A stretch of DNA of 64,000 nt from Felis catus (taxonomy: Eukaryota). The notes under the pieces are model-generated. The model saw only the letters and a program-made list of their open reading frames with translations, ran no database searches and had not been told where the DNA came from. Numbering within the stretch: the first letter of the stretch is position 1; every line of letters begins with the position of its first letter. The DNA lies in contig NC_058369.1 in NCBI RefSeq assembly GCF_018350175.1, positions 39,556,001-39,620,000 on the forward strand. Direction: 5' to 3'. This document shows positions 49,211-62,104 of this stretch, piece by piece. A program made the translations under genes and the position numbers.

Positions 49211-49573
49211 AGTTGTGGCCAAGGTACTGGTGACCAGTCATATTTCCCCATTTCTCTAGCCACAGTGAGTGGCTAAGACACAGGCATGGGGACCAAACTT
49301 GGCCAATTATAGTATTTCCTAGGAATATACGTGACTGTTGGGGGAGAGCAGTCCTGTGCTTCTCTTATGGTCATTAAGCTGGAATGAAGAAACCCTGGGT
49401 TGCCTCTGGCTGGGCTAACNNNNNNNNNNNNNNNNNNNNNNNNNNNNNNNNNNNNNNNNNNNNNNNNNNNNNNNNNNNNNNNNNNNNNNNNNNNNNNNNN
49501 NNNNNNNNNNNNNNNNNNNNNNNNNNNNNNNNNNNNNNNNNNNNNNNNNNNNNNNNNNNNNNNNNNNNNNNNN

Positions 49574-49673
49574 CTCTGTGCTGACAGCAAAGAGCTCAAT
49601 ACAGGGCTTGCACTCATGAACTATGAGATCATGACCTGAGCTAAGGTTGGACACTTAACCAACTCAGGTGTCC
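49574..49673 (-). mobile_element. CAN-SINE 5' half (remainder in gap)
   Basis: gagatcatgacctgagctaaggttggacacttaaccaactc; abuts the N-gap at 49420-49573. Confidence 0.8.
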
Positions 49674-50049
49674 TGAGAAAGTGTCTTTGTGGAGGGAGTG
49701 AATGATCCCATCAGAGTGAAGTCACAAAAGAGAAACCAACAGAGAGACGATGAGAAAAAGAATCCTGATGACATCATTTGACAACATGGCGTCTCTAAAG
49801 CTAGTCTCTGNNNNNNNNNNNNNNNNNNNNNNNNNNNNNNNNNNNNNNNNNNNNNNNNNNNNNNNNNNNNNNNNNNNNNNNNNNNNNNNNNNNNNNNNNN
49901 NNNNNNNNNNNNNNNNNNNNNNNNNNNNNNNNNNNNNNNNNNNNNNNNNNNNNNNNNNNNNNNNNNNNNNNNNNNTTTTCATCACTTCCAACTCAAAAAG
50001 TCCTGGGTAAATATTAGTGTTAAATTAAATATTAGTACTAATTACTGTA

Positions 50050-50480
50050 GCATATTAGTTACCTGGTACAGCTTAACGATTACCCCAAAATGTAATAGCT
50101 TAGGGTAATAATAAACATGCAGCATCTCCCACAGTTTCTGTGAGACAGGAGTTGGAGAGAAGCTTGACTATGTGGTTCTGACCTGCCATCCATCTCCCAT
50201 GAGGTTGCAGTTAGGATTTCCACCCGGGCTAATGTCATCTGAAGGCTTGACTGGGACCAGAAGTCAACTTCCAAGGTAGCTCAATCATATGGCTGGCAAG
50301 TTGGTACTGGTTGTTGGTGACAGGCCCAGTTCTTGCCCAGCAGACCTCCCCTTCAGTGTCCTTGAAACATGGTGGCTGGACATAGACAGAAACAGAGAGA
50401 ACCAGGAAAAATTATGTTCTTTTTATGACCCAACCTCAGGAATCACACAGTGTCACTTTTTCACATTCTATTCATCAGAA
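50050..50480 (-). mobile_element. MaLR LTR (MLT1-type)
   Basis: ttaccccaaaatgtaatagctta...catctgaaggcttgactggg...ttccaaggtagctca. Confidence 0.7.
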
Positions 50481-51064
50481 GTGAGTCCCCATATGGCTGG
50501 TTAATTATAGAACCAGGATCTGGATTCTTGTTCTGGCTTTGCCACCAATAGACTGTGTGGCCCTGGGCAGATCATTCCATGTCTCTGAGTCTTGGTTTCC
50601 TCATCTGGCAAATGAGGAGGCTGGATTTGACCCATTTAGTCTTAAAATCCTTCAGTGTCTCTACCAAAGACACAGAAGGCCATGTATATCCTAGCAGGAG
50701 CCTAATTATCTTTGTCTTCTGTTGGGCCTCCTATCTTTTGAAAAACAACTCTCGGACATAAAAAACCAAGACGTCTTTCAACTATGAATGTAACTTGCCT
50801 CATATCGCAAGCCCTGAACCTCATGAACCAGGACTTGTTTCAACTAGTCACCTTATTACACAAACGTGACCATGTAAGAGCCAGAGGAACATGTGAGTTT
50901 TAGCCAGGGCCAGTGGGGAATAATTACCACCACACTGTTGCTTAATGAAGTCAAGCTTCAGGTGGTGGAGATTACAGCCCAGAATAAAGGATGAGCAGGC
51001 ACATGACAACCCAGTTTGTGAAGTATTGGGAAGGAAGGGAGACCCTACTACCGTTAATAATAAC

Positions 51065-51310
51065 AGTGATAATGATAATGCCTTTAATTGAGTGATTATG
51101 GATGGCAGGAACTGTGCTAAACATGCCTTTTTATCTCTTTTTGCCCATAACAACTTCATGAAGAAAGAAATATTAGCACCATTTTATGGGTGAGGAAATA
51201 CACATTAAGAAGAGTAGGATGAATTGTACAAATCCACATAGCTAATAAGGGGTGGAAATGGTATTAAACCTGGGCCCACTAGATTTATAAGACTGTGCCC
51301 TCTATCATTA
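51065..51310 (-). mobile_element. MIR
   Basis: cataacaacttcatgaag...ccattttatgggtgaggaaa. Confidence 0.65.
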
Positions 51311-51718
51311 TCCTTAACTGCTTGTTTCTTGTGGGTGGCCAAATAGACTCTCAAAACCCAAAGAAAAGTCTTAAGAACAGGTCTGATTTTTTTGTTGTTG
51401 TTGCCATTTTCAATTTCTTTTTTATCATAAACTTTGGCTCTCTACATTTTAAAGGAAGATTAAAGTCTAAGAGTTACTCATTAGTATAAAACAACCGTGA
51501 GGTCCCCCACAGTGTGATTCTGTATCTGACCAAGGTAATTAAATAGACTCAGCCTTAAGTCCATCTACTTAAAATATTCAATCAAGGGAAGCCTAAGGTG
51601 GTGCCATGAACCAGGTAGGTGATGCCAAAGCAGCAGGTGACTCTAGAAAGGAAAGCAGAATTAATCAGAAGAGTCAAGGCCAGATGGGTAGCCAGGATAT
51701 TATAAAGAAGGGAGGCGT

Positions 51719-51849
51719 GGGGCCCCTGGGTGGCTCAGTCGGTTGGGTGGCCGACTCTTGATTTCGACTCAGGTCATGATCTCACGGTTCATGGCTTCCA
51801 GCCCCATGTCCGGCTTCACTCTGTGCTGTCAGTGAGAAGCCTGCTTGGG

Positions 51850-51899
<50 letters not shown>

Positions 51900-51988
51900 C
51901 CTCCCTCCCTCTCTGCTCCTCTCCCGCTCATGCACATTCTCTCCCTTTCCCTCTCAAAATAAACAAGTAAACTTAAAAAAAAAATAAA
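51719..51988 (+). mobile_element. CAN-SINE with expanded (CT)n microsatellite
   Basis: (CT)~21 at 51853-51894; TSD aaagaag(g/c)gaggc. Confidence 0.92.
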
Positions 51989-52429
51989 AAAGAAGCGAGG
52001 CACTTGAGGGGCCAATGTTGGCAAATATAAGGTGCTGGATCCAGACTCAGCTGAGGCGTCAAGAGCTGGGTGAGTAGCTGGGACCCTATTATACCCAAGT
52101 CAGCACAGAAACCCCCAGTAGAAGTCGGAATGAATAAGTGCCAGGGGTCAGGGCAAGCAGAAATCAGGTTGAAGGCTAGAAATCAGGAGGGAATTTCACT
52201 ATATACTCACTAATTTGGATGTAAATTTTAAAAAATAAAAAATTTTGCAAAAATCAGGAGGGAAGCAAAATCAAGAGTAAGACCAAGCAGTCAGAAGAGA
52301 CAGGCAAGGAAATGCCAGGCCCATGGACAGGAAAAACCAACTGATGAGGACCCTGAAGACACAGTTTCGTCATCGACAGAGAACTTGGCAAAAGGACAAA
52401 GAAAAACTTGCAGTTCTGCTCACGGTGTG

Positions 52430-53250
52430 TTAGTTTGGACCAGCCCTCCTCTGGAAAACAAGAAAACTTGCTGAATAAATTGAGTATCTTAAAAGCACTT
52501 AAGAGTTAATGATACGGTAAGAAACCAGCAGGCCAAAACTGAAGGGAAAACAGGACCCTAAACAGATAAGGGGAGCACAGAAGTCACTTGTGAACCAAGA
52601 GCATTAGCTGATTCCAGCAATGTGAATTTTTGTTTTGATGGTCTTGTGGGAAAAAGGAGGCAGAAATCAAAAGGGCAGGCTAATTAGAGACCGTCTCTAT
52701 AATAACAGAGACCTGTCCCCCCTCTCCCCCCACCCCCCACCCCGCCATGGGCCTGTACCCTCAGGGAAGAGGTGAACCAGAAGTAACCTATGCTTTGTGG
52801 ATTTGCAGCCAGGAACCAGTGTCTGGTGTTCTGGGAAACCTCAAGCCTCGAACCTGGCTTAAGATGATCCCCAAACACCTGACAAATTCAGACACACATC
52901 CTCTCTGGAGGAAGGTACCTTTACCCAAGACTTCAAATTACTCCTACAATTATTCTTCAGGTACAATGAACAGCATATAATCAAAGATAACCAGGGATAA
53001 AAAGAAGCAAGGCTCTATGAAGAACAAGCAGAAATAGCAGCCAGCAGAAATAATCCTGCAATGAGTTTATAGAGTTATCAGGAACATCTTATAAAGTAGG
53101 CATGCATAATATATTTACAGAAATAAAAGACAAGGTCAAAGATAGCTACATGGGACAGGAAAGTATCAAGTCACCCACTAGATTTGAAAAGAACCAAATA
53201 GAACCTCCAGCAATTAAAAAAAAAAGCAAACTAACATTAAAAAACTCTCT
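52430..53250 (+). mobile_element. Old L1 5'/ORF1-region fragment
   Basis: A-rich L1M-like text: aatcaaagataaccagg...aagaacaagcagaaatagcag...aatatatttacagaaataaaaga...gaaaagaaccaaatagaacctccagcaatt. Confidence 0.55.
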
Positions 53251-53319
53251 ATTTTAGAGACAAAACTATATTCCATTAAGGATACTTCTTAGAAACAAGT
53301 CTGAGACATGGTAATAGAA

Positions 53320-53830
53320 CGATTTGGGGTGTCAAGAAAGGAAGCACCCAATTAAATGTGGCTTATATGATAAAGAATATTCACTATCTTATATAACAAG
53401 AAATCCAGTGGTTGGGCCGTACTAGGGTTATTTCTGTACAGAAACAGTGTCATCTAAGACCCTGCGTCTTTGCAGCCTTCCATATCATAAACTTCAACGT
53501 GGTGGCCTTTGTCTTAGACATATCTCCTCATGATGGCAAGATGGCTGCAACAGCTCCAACTATCATGTCTCTGTGTTACCACATTCAAAAGCAGAAATAA
53601 AAGAGATTTCCCCCTGTGCACCTCTCCTTTATCAAGGAGAAAAGACCCTCCCAGAAGCAACGCCACCAGAGTCTCCCTGATGTCTAACTGGTCAGGCATA
53701 GATCACATGCTCTAGCTGCAAGCAAACTGGGAAAGTGAGTTGCATTTTCAGCCTTTGAAGCAGGAGGTAGATTCTGCAGCTTTGGAGAAGAGGAGGGAAC
53801 TGCTGCAAGCTCAGCAGTTTTGACTCCATG
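53320..53830. mobile_element. Old MaLR LTR (MLT1-type)
   Basis: gcaagatggctgcaacagctcca...gatcacatgctctagctgcaagcaaactgggaaagtgagt. Confidence 0.65.
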
Positions 53831-55462
53831 TAGGACCACAAAGAAGGGAGATATGGTGATGGAGAGAAGAGGAAGATTCTAAAAGTGAAGCAGTCTGTCT
53901 TCAGGAGCACCGAATTCCCCTTTGTATACCATTTTCCTTCTTTTGGACTCTTTCCCATACATTATGCCCTTCTCTAATCCATTCTCCCAAGATACGGGAA
54001 GCCCTTTTCTTTCTTTTTATTCCTGATGAAAGAGGGTCTTAAAAGGAATTCATCCAGTAGTTTAAATTAGTTTTCTGTATTACCACTTCCGTAAGAAGCA
54101 CCAAGAAAAGAGCTGAAAGGAATCAGTACCACAGTGGTATTCCAGACACCGTTGGATTGATGAGGGGTAGAGAGCAAGATAAGAAGGATTTGGGGACAGT
54201 GAGGTGAGGGAGACACCATCTAGTCACTTGGGAATCATGCTCATACGCAGCCTGTGAGTCACTTGACTAGCCTAACAGAAAGCTGAGATACCACTGTGGC
54301 CACGAAGCCAGGAGCTCCAGCCTTCAAGTCCAAAGCCTGCACTGTCAGTCCTGCCTTAGAAGCCGGAGGCTTGAGGGGAGGTACTGCCTCCCTTGACCCC
54401 ATTTTATTCATCTGGAAAACAACAAAAGTTGACCCAGCAACCTTTAAAGATCCTTTTGTTCTAACGCAGTACCCAAGCCAAAATCAAAATCAAAATCAAA
54501 AAGTAGTAACAGTTACAAAAGAGGATTCAAAAGAAACTTAAACACCTGCTGTTGCGCTTCCCTCCTTACAGATCTGCTTCTGAGCTTTGGCTTGATTCCC
54601 GCCCCCCTCCCGCCCCCCTACCCCAGGAGCGAGGAGGGAGGGGAAGGGTGGAATCTTAGAAGGACAGGGAGCCTCTACCCAGAAATCCAGACTTTCATCC
54701 TTTCACTTCGGCAGAGGGAAGGGAGAGGGTCTCTCTTCCAAGAGGCATTTGTACACAAAATCCTACGAAGGAGCCCTGCCTCGTTCAGATGTCCCTATTT
54801 TACTGGCCACTGAAGGAAGGGGGAGGTGGCAGGTGATGGATATTTCTATGATTGGCACCTCCACCAAAACAACAGGAAATAGGATCTGCTATTCCCGTAA
54901 TTTTCTTTGGAAAGACAAAAGAAACGAAGAAAACGGGAGAAAAGACGTCTGCATGGTATAATTTGCCCCACTTACAAGACCCAGAGAAGTCAAGCACGTT
55001 GTCCAAAACACACAGCAAGTAACTGTTGCTGCTAGATGCAACCTCAGATCTTTTGTGCCTCCCGGGCGCGGTCTCCTTCCCCTGTGCCTCGGTTCATCTC
55101 CGTAATCACAAAACCGTCTTCTTTCTTTACTATATATGAAAATTCTCTGTCGTCATTATCTACTAAACTAGATCAAGAGGTAACTTTTATTCATTTGTAG
55201 GTCACCTCCTGTTACTGGAAAACTGCCCCAATTTAACCAGTGATGTGCTCAACAAGGCATGGGAGGGGGCACTCACAGACAGGGGGCCGGGCAGTCACTG
55301 GGCAGGTAGCACCAACAACCTCGATTCACGCCCTGCTTTTGAGGAGAGACGACAGGACAGAGAGGGAAACGGGGAGGGGGTTTCCAACAGCCATCATGGT
55401 CTTGGGTTCTCATAAACTACTCCGTTGCCTGGGAAGTTGAGAAGCATGATAATGAATGGTGA

Positions 55463-55674
55463 TTTTTTTTAATGTTTATTTTTGAAAGAGAGAGAGAGAG
55501 AGAGAGAGAACGTGAGCTGGGGAGGGGGAGGAGAAGAGAGAGGGGGGACAGAGAGTCTGAAGTGGGCTCTGCTCTGTCAGCACGAAGACTGAGGTGGGGC
55601 TCGAACTCATGCACCATGAGATCATCACCTGAGCTGAAGTCGGATGCTCAACCAACTGAGCCACCTAGGCACCC
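55463..55674 (-). mobile_element. CAN-SINE
   Basis: Antisense SINE with (GA)n. Confidence 0.9.
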
Positions 55675-56251
55675 AGAAAGGTGGGTTTTCAACAGAGACA
55701 TTCCCCAACCTGACTGATGATTCACATGGGGGAGGGGGCACTTACATGTAATGGGCAGAAAATCTGCTAATTGTGCAGGAGATACAGAACTTTTTACCGT
55801 CACAGGAGATGTCAGAAGCGGAGGGCACATCCCAGCTGCTCCTTGTAAAAGCATCCAAACGCCTTCTGTTATTAACCGACATCTATTGAACCCACCTGTC
55901 TCCAGTCCCGAAAATCGCCCCTGCCTGTGCTCAGTGTTCCCAGTGCTAGTCAGGGCCTCTTGCCTTTATCCACCAGGTCAGCTTTAGAATTGGTCCCTTC
56001 TGGTGACAAGCGGGAAAATTCCAGCAAGGAGGAAAGAGTGGTAGGAGAAGAGGAACGGGTCCAGTGGAAAGAGAATAGTCCTACTGTTAGCCCAGAATGT
56101 GCTGTCGTTGGTCCAGATTTAGTGGAAAACAGGGGATTTGAAAGGTTTTATTAACCAGGTTGCTCCTGCATCTCTGAGTGGGCAGGGGACATTTTAGCAT
56201 GTCTCAGCCAGGATTGGGAGACTTCAAGTAGCCTTAGAATTGGGGTATAAG

Positions 56252-56297
56252 CATGTGCGTGTGTGCGTGTGTGTGTGTGTGCACGTATGCACGGGTG
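56252..56297. repeat. (TG/CG)n alternating purine-pyrimidine microsatellite
   Basis: gcatgtgcgtgtgtgcgtgtgtgtgtgtgtgcacgtatgcac. Confidence 0.85.
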
Positions 56298-57289
56298 TGA
56301 TGGAGACCAGAAGGTGGACCAGACTTCACTTTTCAGTAACTATCAGTTAATAATTCCCTAGTCACGCTGTCTGCCCTTGACCAGTGACACCTCAGGATAC
56401 TTTTGGATACTTTTGGATGCTTTTACAAGGAGCAGGATGGATCTCAAAGAGGAACATTTCCTGAGCTCTTATGTTATGGCAGACAATGTGATTTCACTGC
56501 CCTTGGTGACCCATACCTTGATCCTCAGCAGACTTGAGGGGACCCTAAAGTAGGGGGAAGGTCAGCCTGGCTCCTCAGGGCCTCATTACTTGGGGCTACC
56601 AGAACAGTCCAGTACCTTGCTTCACCCCAAAGAGCTCCGTCCTTGATATCAAAGTCAAATCCAAAATTCCAGATCTGGAACAGAAAATGAGCACAGCCCC
56701 CTGAGCCTGAAGGCACAAGACAAGCAGCCAGGAATCATAGGAGCCTTTCACTTGACTCAGCCCCCTTGTCATCTACCACACGATGACCCTGTCCACACGC
56801 CTGCCCTTTCAGCAGCCAGCTTTTGCTTGCACACTTCCCTTAATGAGGAGCTCACTACCTCACTTAGCCAATCAATTTTCACACATCTCCAACTATACCT
56901 TCCTAAAGGGTTTTCTGCGACAAACCAATCCCCACGGGCTCCCTAGAGTCAGGAAACGACTGGTAAATACATCTGGAAAGGGCTGTTTGTGATAATACCT
57001 GCTTAGTGATCTATATACCACAGCAGTATATTCAGGGCTCTAAAAAATACAGCCGTTGAGAAACTTGTTTAATTTTGCTTAACTGAAAATTTCTCAAATT
57101 TATTTTACTACACAATACATCCTTCAGGAATCTACAACCTTCCCATAAGAACCCTGTATCTCGGAAGTGCTGGGTCAGCAAGCTTCCCCTGGGGTTGGAA
57201 TCTCTCTTTCCCAGGGTTCCATCAACTGGCTTCATTGCTAAGCTCTGGGGGTGTGGAGAACAAGCCTGGCCCCTCTACAGATTCGAATA

Positions 57290-57470
57290 ACAAAGGTCTA
57301 ACTCTTACCAAGCACTTGGGTGGGGGGCAGACACTGTGCTGAGTGCTTTTCATGGGTTACGCCACAGCCCCTGTTTAACAGATGGAGAAACTGAGGCTTG
57401 GAAGGGTGAAGCGGGGTCACACAGCTAGAAGGTGGCTGGGCTGGAAAGCAAACCCAGCACCACACACGAT
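57290..57470 (-). mobile_element. MIR
   Basis: ccctgtttaacagatggagaaactgaggcttgg...gtcacacagctagaaggtgg. Confidence 0.75.
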
Positions 57471-57901
57471 AGTTAGAAAAACACCTGGCGGAACATTTGG
57501 CACGTGGTAAGCCTTCAGCGAATGTTATCCGCGTTACCTTGCTGTTACTATTATTGTCATTATCTGACTGAAGAGGAAGTACTCCTCACGACGCCTTGTG
57601 CCTTGCTGGAACCTTCTGTTCTCCGCATTAAACGTTTTTGACGTCCTGAATGTTTTCCCTTGTTCGTCTGACGGCTCTCTCCCACCACTTCTGCACCCAA
57701 AGTAGGAAGGACGGAGCACCGAGGCTGGGAGGCCTTTCCTAGCTGAAAGCAATCTTCCATTTGCTGTTTCCACAGAACCATTTTCTCTGTCTGTCAAATC
57801 CTCTGAAATATGGTGGAAATAAATCCTTCAGGAAGACCAGTGAAGGAGAGCAGAGGGAGCTGGGGAGAAGCCGTAGGGAAGATGATCATCTATCTCCTAG
57901 A

Positions 57902-58110
57902 CCAGGGGTCAGCCAACTACAGACCACAGGCCGGATCCGGCCAGCCCCCTGCTTTTTGTACCTAAGGTTTTATTGAGACACGGCTATGCTCATTCATAGA
58001 TGTATCAGCTACAGCTGCTTTCTGCACCACAAAAGAGTTGAGGAGTTAGGAGAGAGACCTAAAATATTTACTAGGAGGTTCTTTACAGAAAAAGCTGGCC
58101 CACTCCCGCT
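57902..58110 (+). mobile_element. MER58A-type hAT element
   Basis: caggggtcagccaactacag...ccggatccggcc...tttttgta...gttttattg...cctaaaatatttact...ctttacagaaaaag. Confidence 0.8.
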
Positions 58111-59631
58111 TTATCTTGTGGGGAGGAGAAAGGTAGGCTGGAAAGGTTTTTGATGAGCCAGGTGTCTGCCTTTCCTTACGTTCCAGATGCTCTCGGAAAA
58201 GCCAGCTGGGAGCTGCTGGGGCCCAGAACACTACAGCTTAAAAGAACTTGCAAGTAAGAAAGGTACAGCTCTCCACCAAGGTTAACCTTGAAACCTATTC
58301 GTGAAGGATCAGGGACAAGATAGGTGGATGTGGAGTCCTCTGAAGGCCACCATATCACTCCAAGGCTAGGGATGTTGGCTCTCTGTGGATCAGGGTATTG
58401 ACCTATCTGAAGACAGATGCGTCGGCCAAGTGGGGTTTGGTCAGCTTTGTTCACTTAGAGGAGCGAGGTTAATGCTGGCAGGACTCCATTCAGGCATCGC
58501 TCCAGGTTAGGGGAGACCCCCAACGGATGGAGTATCTCAAGTGGCAAAGCCGCTTATGACACGTTGTGGGCGATCTTAGCCTAATGTTCTCGAACACTCA
58601 ATTCACCCAAATAACACCCTTGTTTCAACTCCATGATCTCGAAGCAAACTTCGGGCTGTGACTTGGCCGCTTCCCATGTAGCTCTGCCAACAGAGGGGGG
58701 TATGCTGCACCCTAATTCCCCACATGGGTTTCAGAGTGACTGAGAACCTCCTGAGATTGTGTGCATGGTGTTGTTTATGTTTGGGAGTGCCCACAGTCCC
58801 GAGGACAGGAGCCTTCATGGTCACTATCATCAAAAAGGTCTCCACGAACCTCAGAGACCTGGCATTTATTCGCACAAGTGTTTCGATTAGGGTTTCCTTC
58901 TACTTCTCCGACTGAGGGCAAGAACTCTTTTGGTTCCATATGCCACTTTCTCCAGCTCTCAGCCCTGTGCCTGGCTCATGGGACATGCTCACTAAGTGTT
59001 GGTCACAGCAGGAAATGAAGTAAGGGAAGAGGAGAGGCCAGGAGGAGGGGGAGGAAGGTTAGGGTTTGACATGCCAGCCTGAGCGTCCCGGTCCCCGTGA
59101 TAGTTAGGATTTTCATTGTAAATTAATAAACTGACCTTCTGGTTTATGTAAGAGTCTCATGAGTGTGGTTAATAGATTCTCCCTTGGGGCATAGATTGCT
59201 CTTGGTGTGCTGCCTACAAAGCTCTATGACCAGAACCTGGACCTGGATGAATCCACAAGTCACCCTGTGGGGCTCCTTGGAGACAGATTGCTGGCTTGTT
59301 CGCCCCACGGAAAAGGAGGGTTTTAGCGTCCCCTAATTGTGTTACTACTGCAACAATGGCATTTGCTCCTCTTCTGGCAGTGCTGAGGACATTTGAAGCC
59401 CGTTCCAGGGCCTGGGCCAGGGTTGGAACCCAGTAGTTCTCTTTTAATGTTTACTGAACAAATGGGTGCTGTAATATCTTGAATAACTGAAAATAAATGT
59501 ACATTTGTTTTTGTTATTACATCTAAAAATACGACTGAATAACCCACAAGGTACTTGTTATAGTCTGTGACAACAGACTTTCTAAAGCAATAAGCCTAAC
59601 AAGAAATTAAAAAACAATCATTGCTACTTTA

Positions 59632-59824
59632 AAAAAATTTTTTTGTTTGTTTGCTTAAGAGAGCAGGGGAGGGGCAGAAAGAGAGGGAAAGAGAAAATCC
59701 CAAGCAGGCTCTGCACTGTCAGCACAGAGCCTGATGTGGAGCTTGAACTCACGAACCATGAGATCATGACCTGAGCCAAAATCAAGAGTCCAACAGTTAA
59801 CCCACTGAGCCACCCAGGTGCCCC
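59632..59824 (-). mobile_element. CAN-SINE
   Basis: Antisense SINE; TSD core ttgctacttt. Confidence 0.9.
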
Positions 59825-60229
59825 AATTGTTGCTACTTTGGAAGCACAGGACCCATTAATATATAAAGGAGCCCAATATGGCCCCATTTTGAGGGAGGGG
59901 GTCCCAGGCCTTGCTTGACACAATCTTGGTGGCAGCAAGTTACAGCTTGGTCAGTAGCAGCCTCCAGCCTTAAAAAAGAATAATTTCAACCTAAGATTTA
60001 GCTGAGAATTTCTAGGGGGCTAGTGACATATCTGAATACTCTCTGAGAACTGAAAGAGCGTCATGCCTGCCTTTGCTGAGTTAAGTAGAACTATATTTTA
60101 TTCTCACACTCTCTTTTCAAGGCACACACACATGCACATGCACACACTTATACACACACACTTTCACTACACATACACACATGCAAACCTTTATTTCTTC
60201 TGGGAAAAAATAGTGCTACACGTATGGTA

Positions 60230-60740
60230 ATATATTGGTTATCTATTGCTGCATTAAAAAATTACCCCAAAATGTCAGCAACTTAAAGCAACAAACAGTA
60301 TCGCACGAAGTCTCTACAGGTCAGGAATCCAGGCGCCAGTTAGCTGAATGGTTCTGGTTCAAGGTCTCAAGAGGACTCATAAGGGTGCAAACTGTCACGT
60401 GGAGCTGCACTCTTCTGAAGGCTCTGTTTCCAGCTTGCTCATACGATTGGTGGCCGGCCTCAGCTCCTTGCTGGCTGTTAGCCAGAGGCTTTAGTTCATG
60501 GACCACTCCATAAGGCTGCTCACAGCATGGTTGCTCGCTTCCTCCAGAGCAAGGGAGGCAGGGAAACAGCAAGAGAGTGAAAGAGACGCAGGTTTTTATA
60601 GCCTAATTTTGGTAGGGGCACACCCCCACTTCTCCAGAGACCATTGGTCAAAGAGAACAACTGTAATAGAGTATACGACAGACATACACAAGGGTGTGAC
60701 TATCAGGAGGTGAGGATCGTTGGGGGGCCATCTTGAAAGA
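60230..60740 (-). mobile_element. MaLR LTR (MLT1-type)
   Basis: ttatctattgctgca...aattaccccaaaa...caagggtgtgactatcaggaggtgaggatcgttggggggccatcttg. Confidence 0.8.
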
Positions 60741-60810
60741 GACAACATAGAAAATTTAAAAATACAACTACAAATTCTTTTGCACCCCCTCCTTCAAAAC
60801 GTAGAAACTA

Positions 60811-61028
60811 GGGGCGCCTGGGTGGCACAGTCGGTTAAGCGTTGGACTTCAGCCAGGTCACGCTCTCGCGGTCCGTGAGTTCGAGCCCCGCGTCAGGCTC
60901 TGGGCTGATGGCTCAGAGCCTGGAGCCTGTTTCCGATTCTGTGTCTCTCTCTCTCTCTGCCCCTCCCCCGTTCATGCTCTGTCTTTCTCTATCCCAAAAA
61001 TAAATAAACGTTGAAAAAAAATTAAAAA
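60811..61028 (+). mobile_element. Young felid SINEC_Fc
   Basis: TSD AAAA(C/T)GTAGAAACTA at 60796-60810 and 61029-61043. Confidence 0.95.
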
Positions 61029-61443
61029 AAAATGTAGAAACTAATGTTCCTCCCTCTGAGTAAGAGCTGGACCTAACGACTTTCTTGTAACAGACAGAAT
61101 GCAGTGGATTGAGAGCATGTGATTTCACACAGCCAGGGTCATAAAAAGCATTGTTGCATCCACCTTTCTCTCTCGGATCACTCTTTCTGGGGAAAGACAG
61201 CCTATATGCTGAGAACACTCAAGCAGCTATATGGAGAGGCCCACACAAGAAGAACAGAGTCATCTTTCTAACAGCCAGAACCAACTGGCCAACCATGTGA
61301 ATAAGCCATCTTGAAAGTGGATCCTCCAGCCCCTGTCGAGTCTTCAGATGATTATGGCAATGGCCAACAAATTGACTACAACCTCAAGAGAGACCCTGGG
61401 CCAGAATCACCCAGTGAAGCTACTTACAAATTCTGGATCTACA

Positions 61444-61675
61444 GGGGCTCCTGGGTGGCTCAGTTGGTTAAACAGCCGACTTCGGCTCAGGTTATGATCT
61501 CGCGGTCCGTGAGTTCGAGCCCTGTGTCGGGCTCTGTGCTGACAGCTCAGAGCCTGAAACCTGTTTCAGATTCTGTGTGTCTCTCTCTCTGACCCTCCCC
61601 TGCTCATGATCTGTCTCTCCCTGTCTCAAAAATAAATAAAACGTTAAAAAAATTAATAAAAAAATTAAAAAAAAA
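61444..61675 (+). mobile_element. CAN-SINE (SINEC_Fc-like)
   Basis: 18-bp TSD ACAAATTCTGGATCTACA at 61426-61443 and 61676-61693. Confidence 0.95.
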
Positions 61676-62104
61676 ACAAATTCTGGATCTACAGATAATG
61701 TGGGATATAATAAATGTTTATTATTGTTTTAAGCCATTAAGTTCCGGGGTAATTTGTTATGCATTAGTAATTAATACAACATGTTTACTGAATTTCAGGG
61801 TTCTTAGTTGCAAACAACAGAATCCACCTAGTTTAAACAAAAGAGGGATGAATTCAAGGAACTAAGCAGTTCACTGAATTTCTGGGAGGACTAAAGAATG
61901 AAACTTGATTTAACAAAGCCATGACACTTTCTGTGGAGACCCTTCTGCTATACACTCTAGCGACAAGTGCTGCCACCAGAATTGCTGCCATCTTGCCTCT
62001 GTAAGCTGGATATCTTGACCAACCCCACATGAAGAATGGATTTTACATGCGCTTACTTGCAAACCAAAGCCTGTGTAAGGATTAAGTCAAATGTCTATAC
62101 CTCA

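Larger units (their letters stand above)
7778..49975. other. Five assembly gaps (N runs): 7778-7923, 26236-26380, 35293-35424, 49420-49573, 49811-49975
   Basis: N runs of about 130-165 nt seen directly. Four of the five lie in or next to repeats, as expected for a short-read draft. Confidence 0.97.
60760..61780 (+). mobile_element. MaLR LTR (MLT1-type) carrying two SINEs
   Basis: ctacaaattctttt...gccatcttgaaagtggatcctccagccc...tttaagccattaagttccggggtaatttgttatgca. Confidence 0.8.

Noticed and set aside
52341-52375. CTGATGA hammerhead-like core with a weak hairpin
   Set aside because: There is no stem II followed by GAAA and no stem I/III arrangement. Other CTGATGA sites inspected (35579, 54023) also fail.
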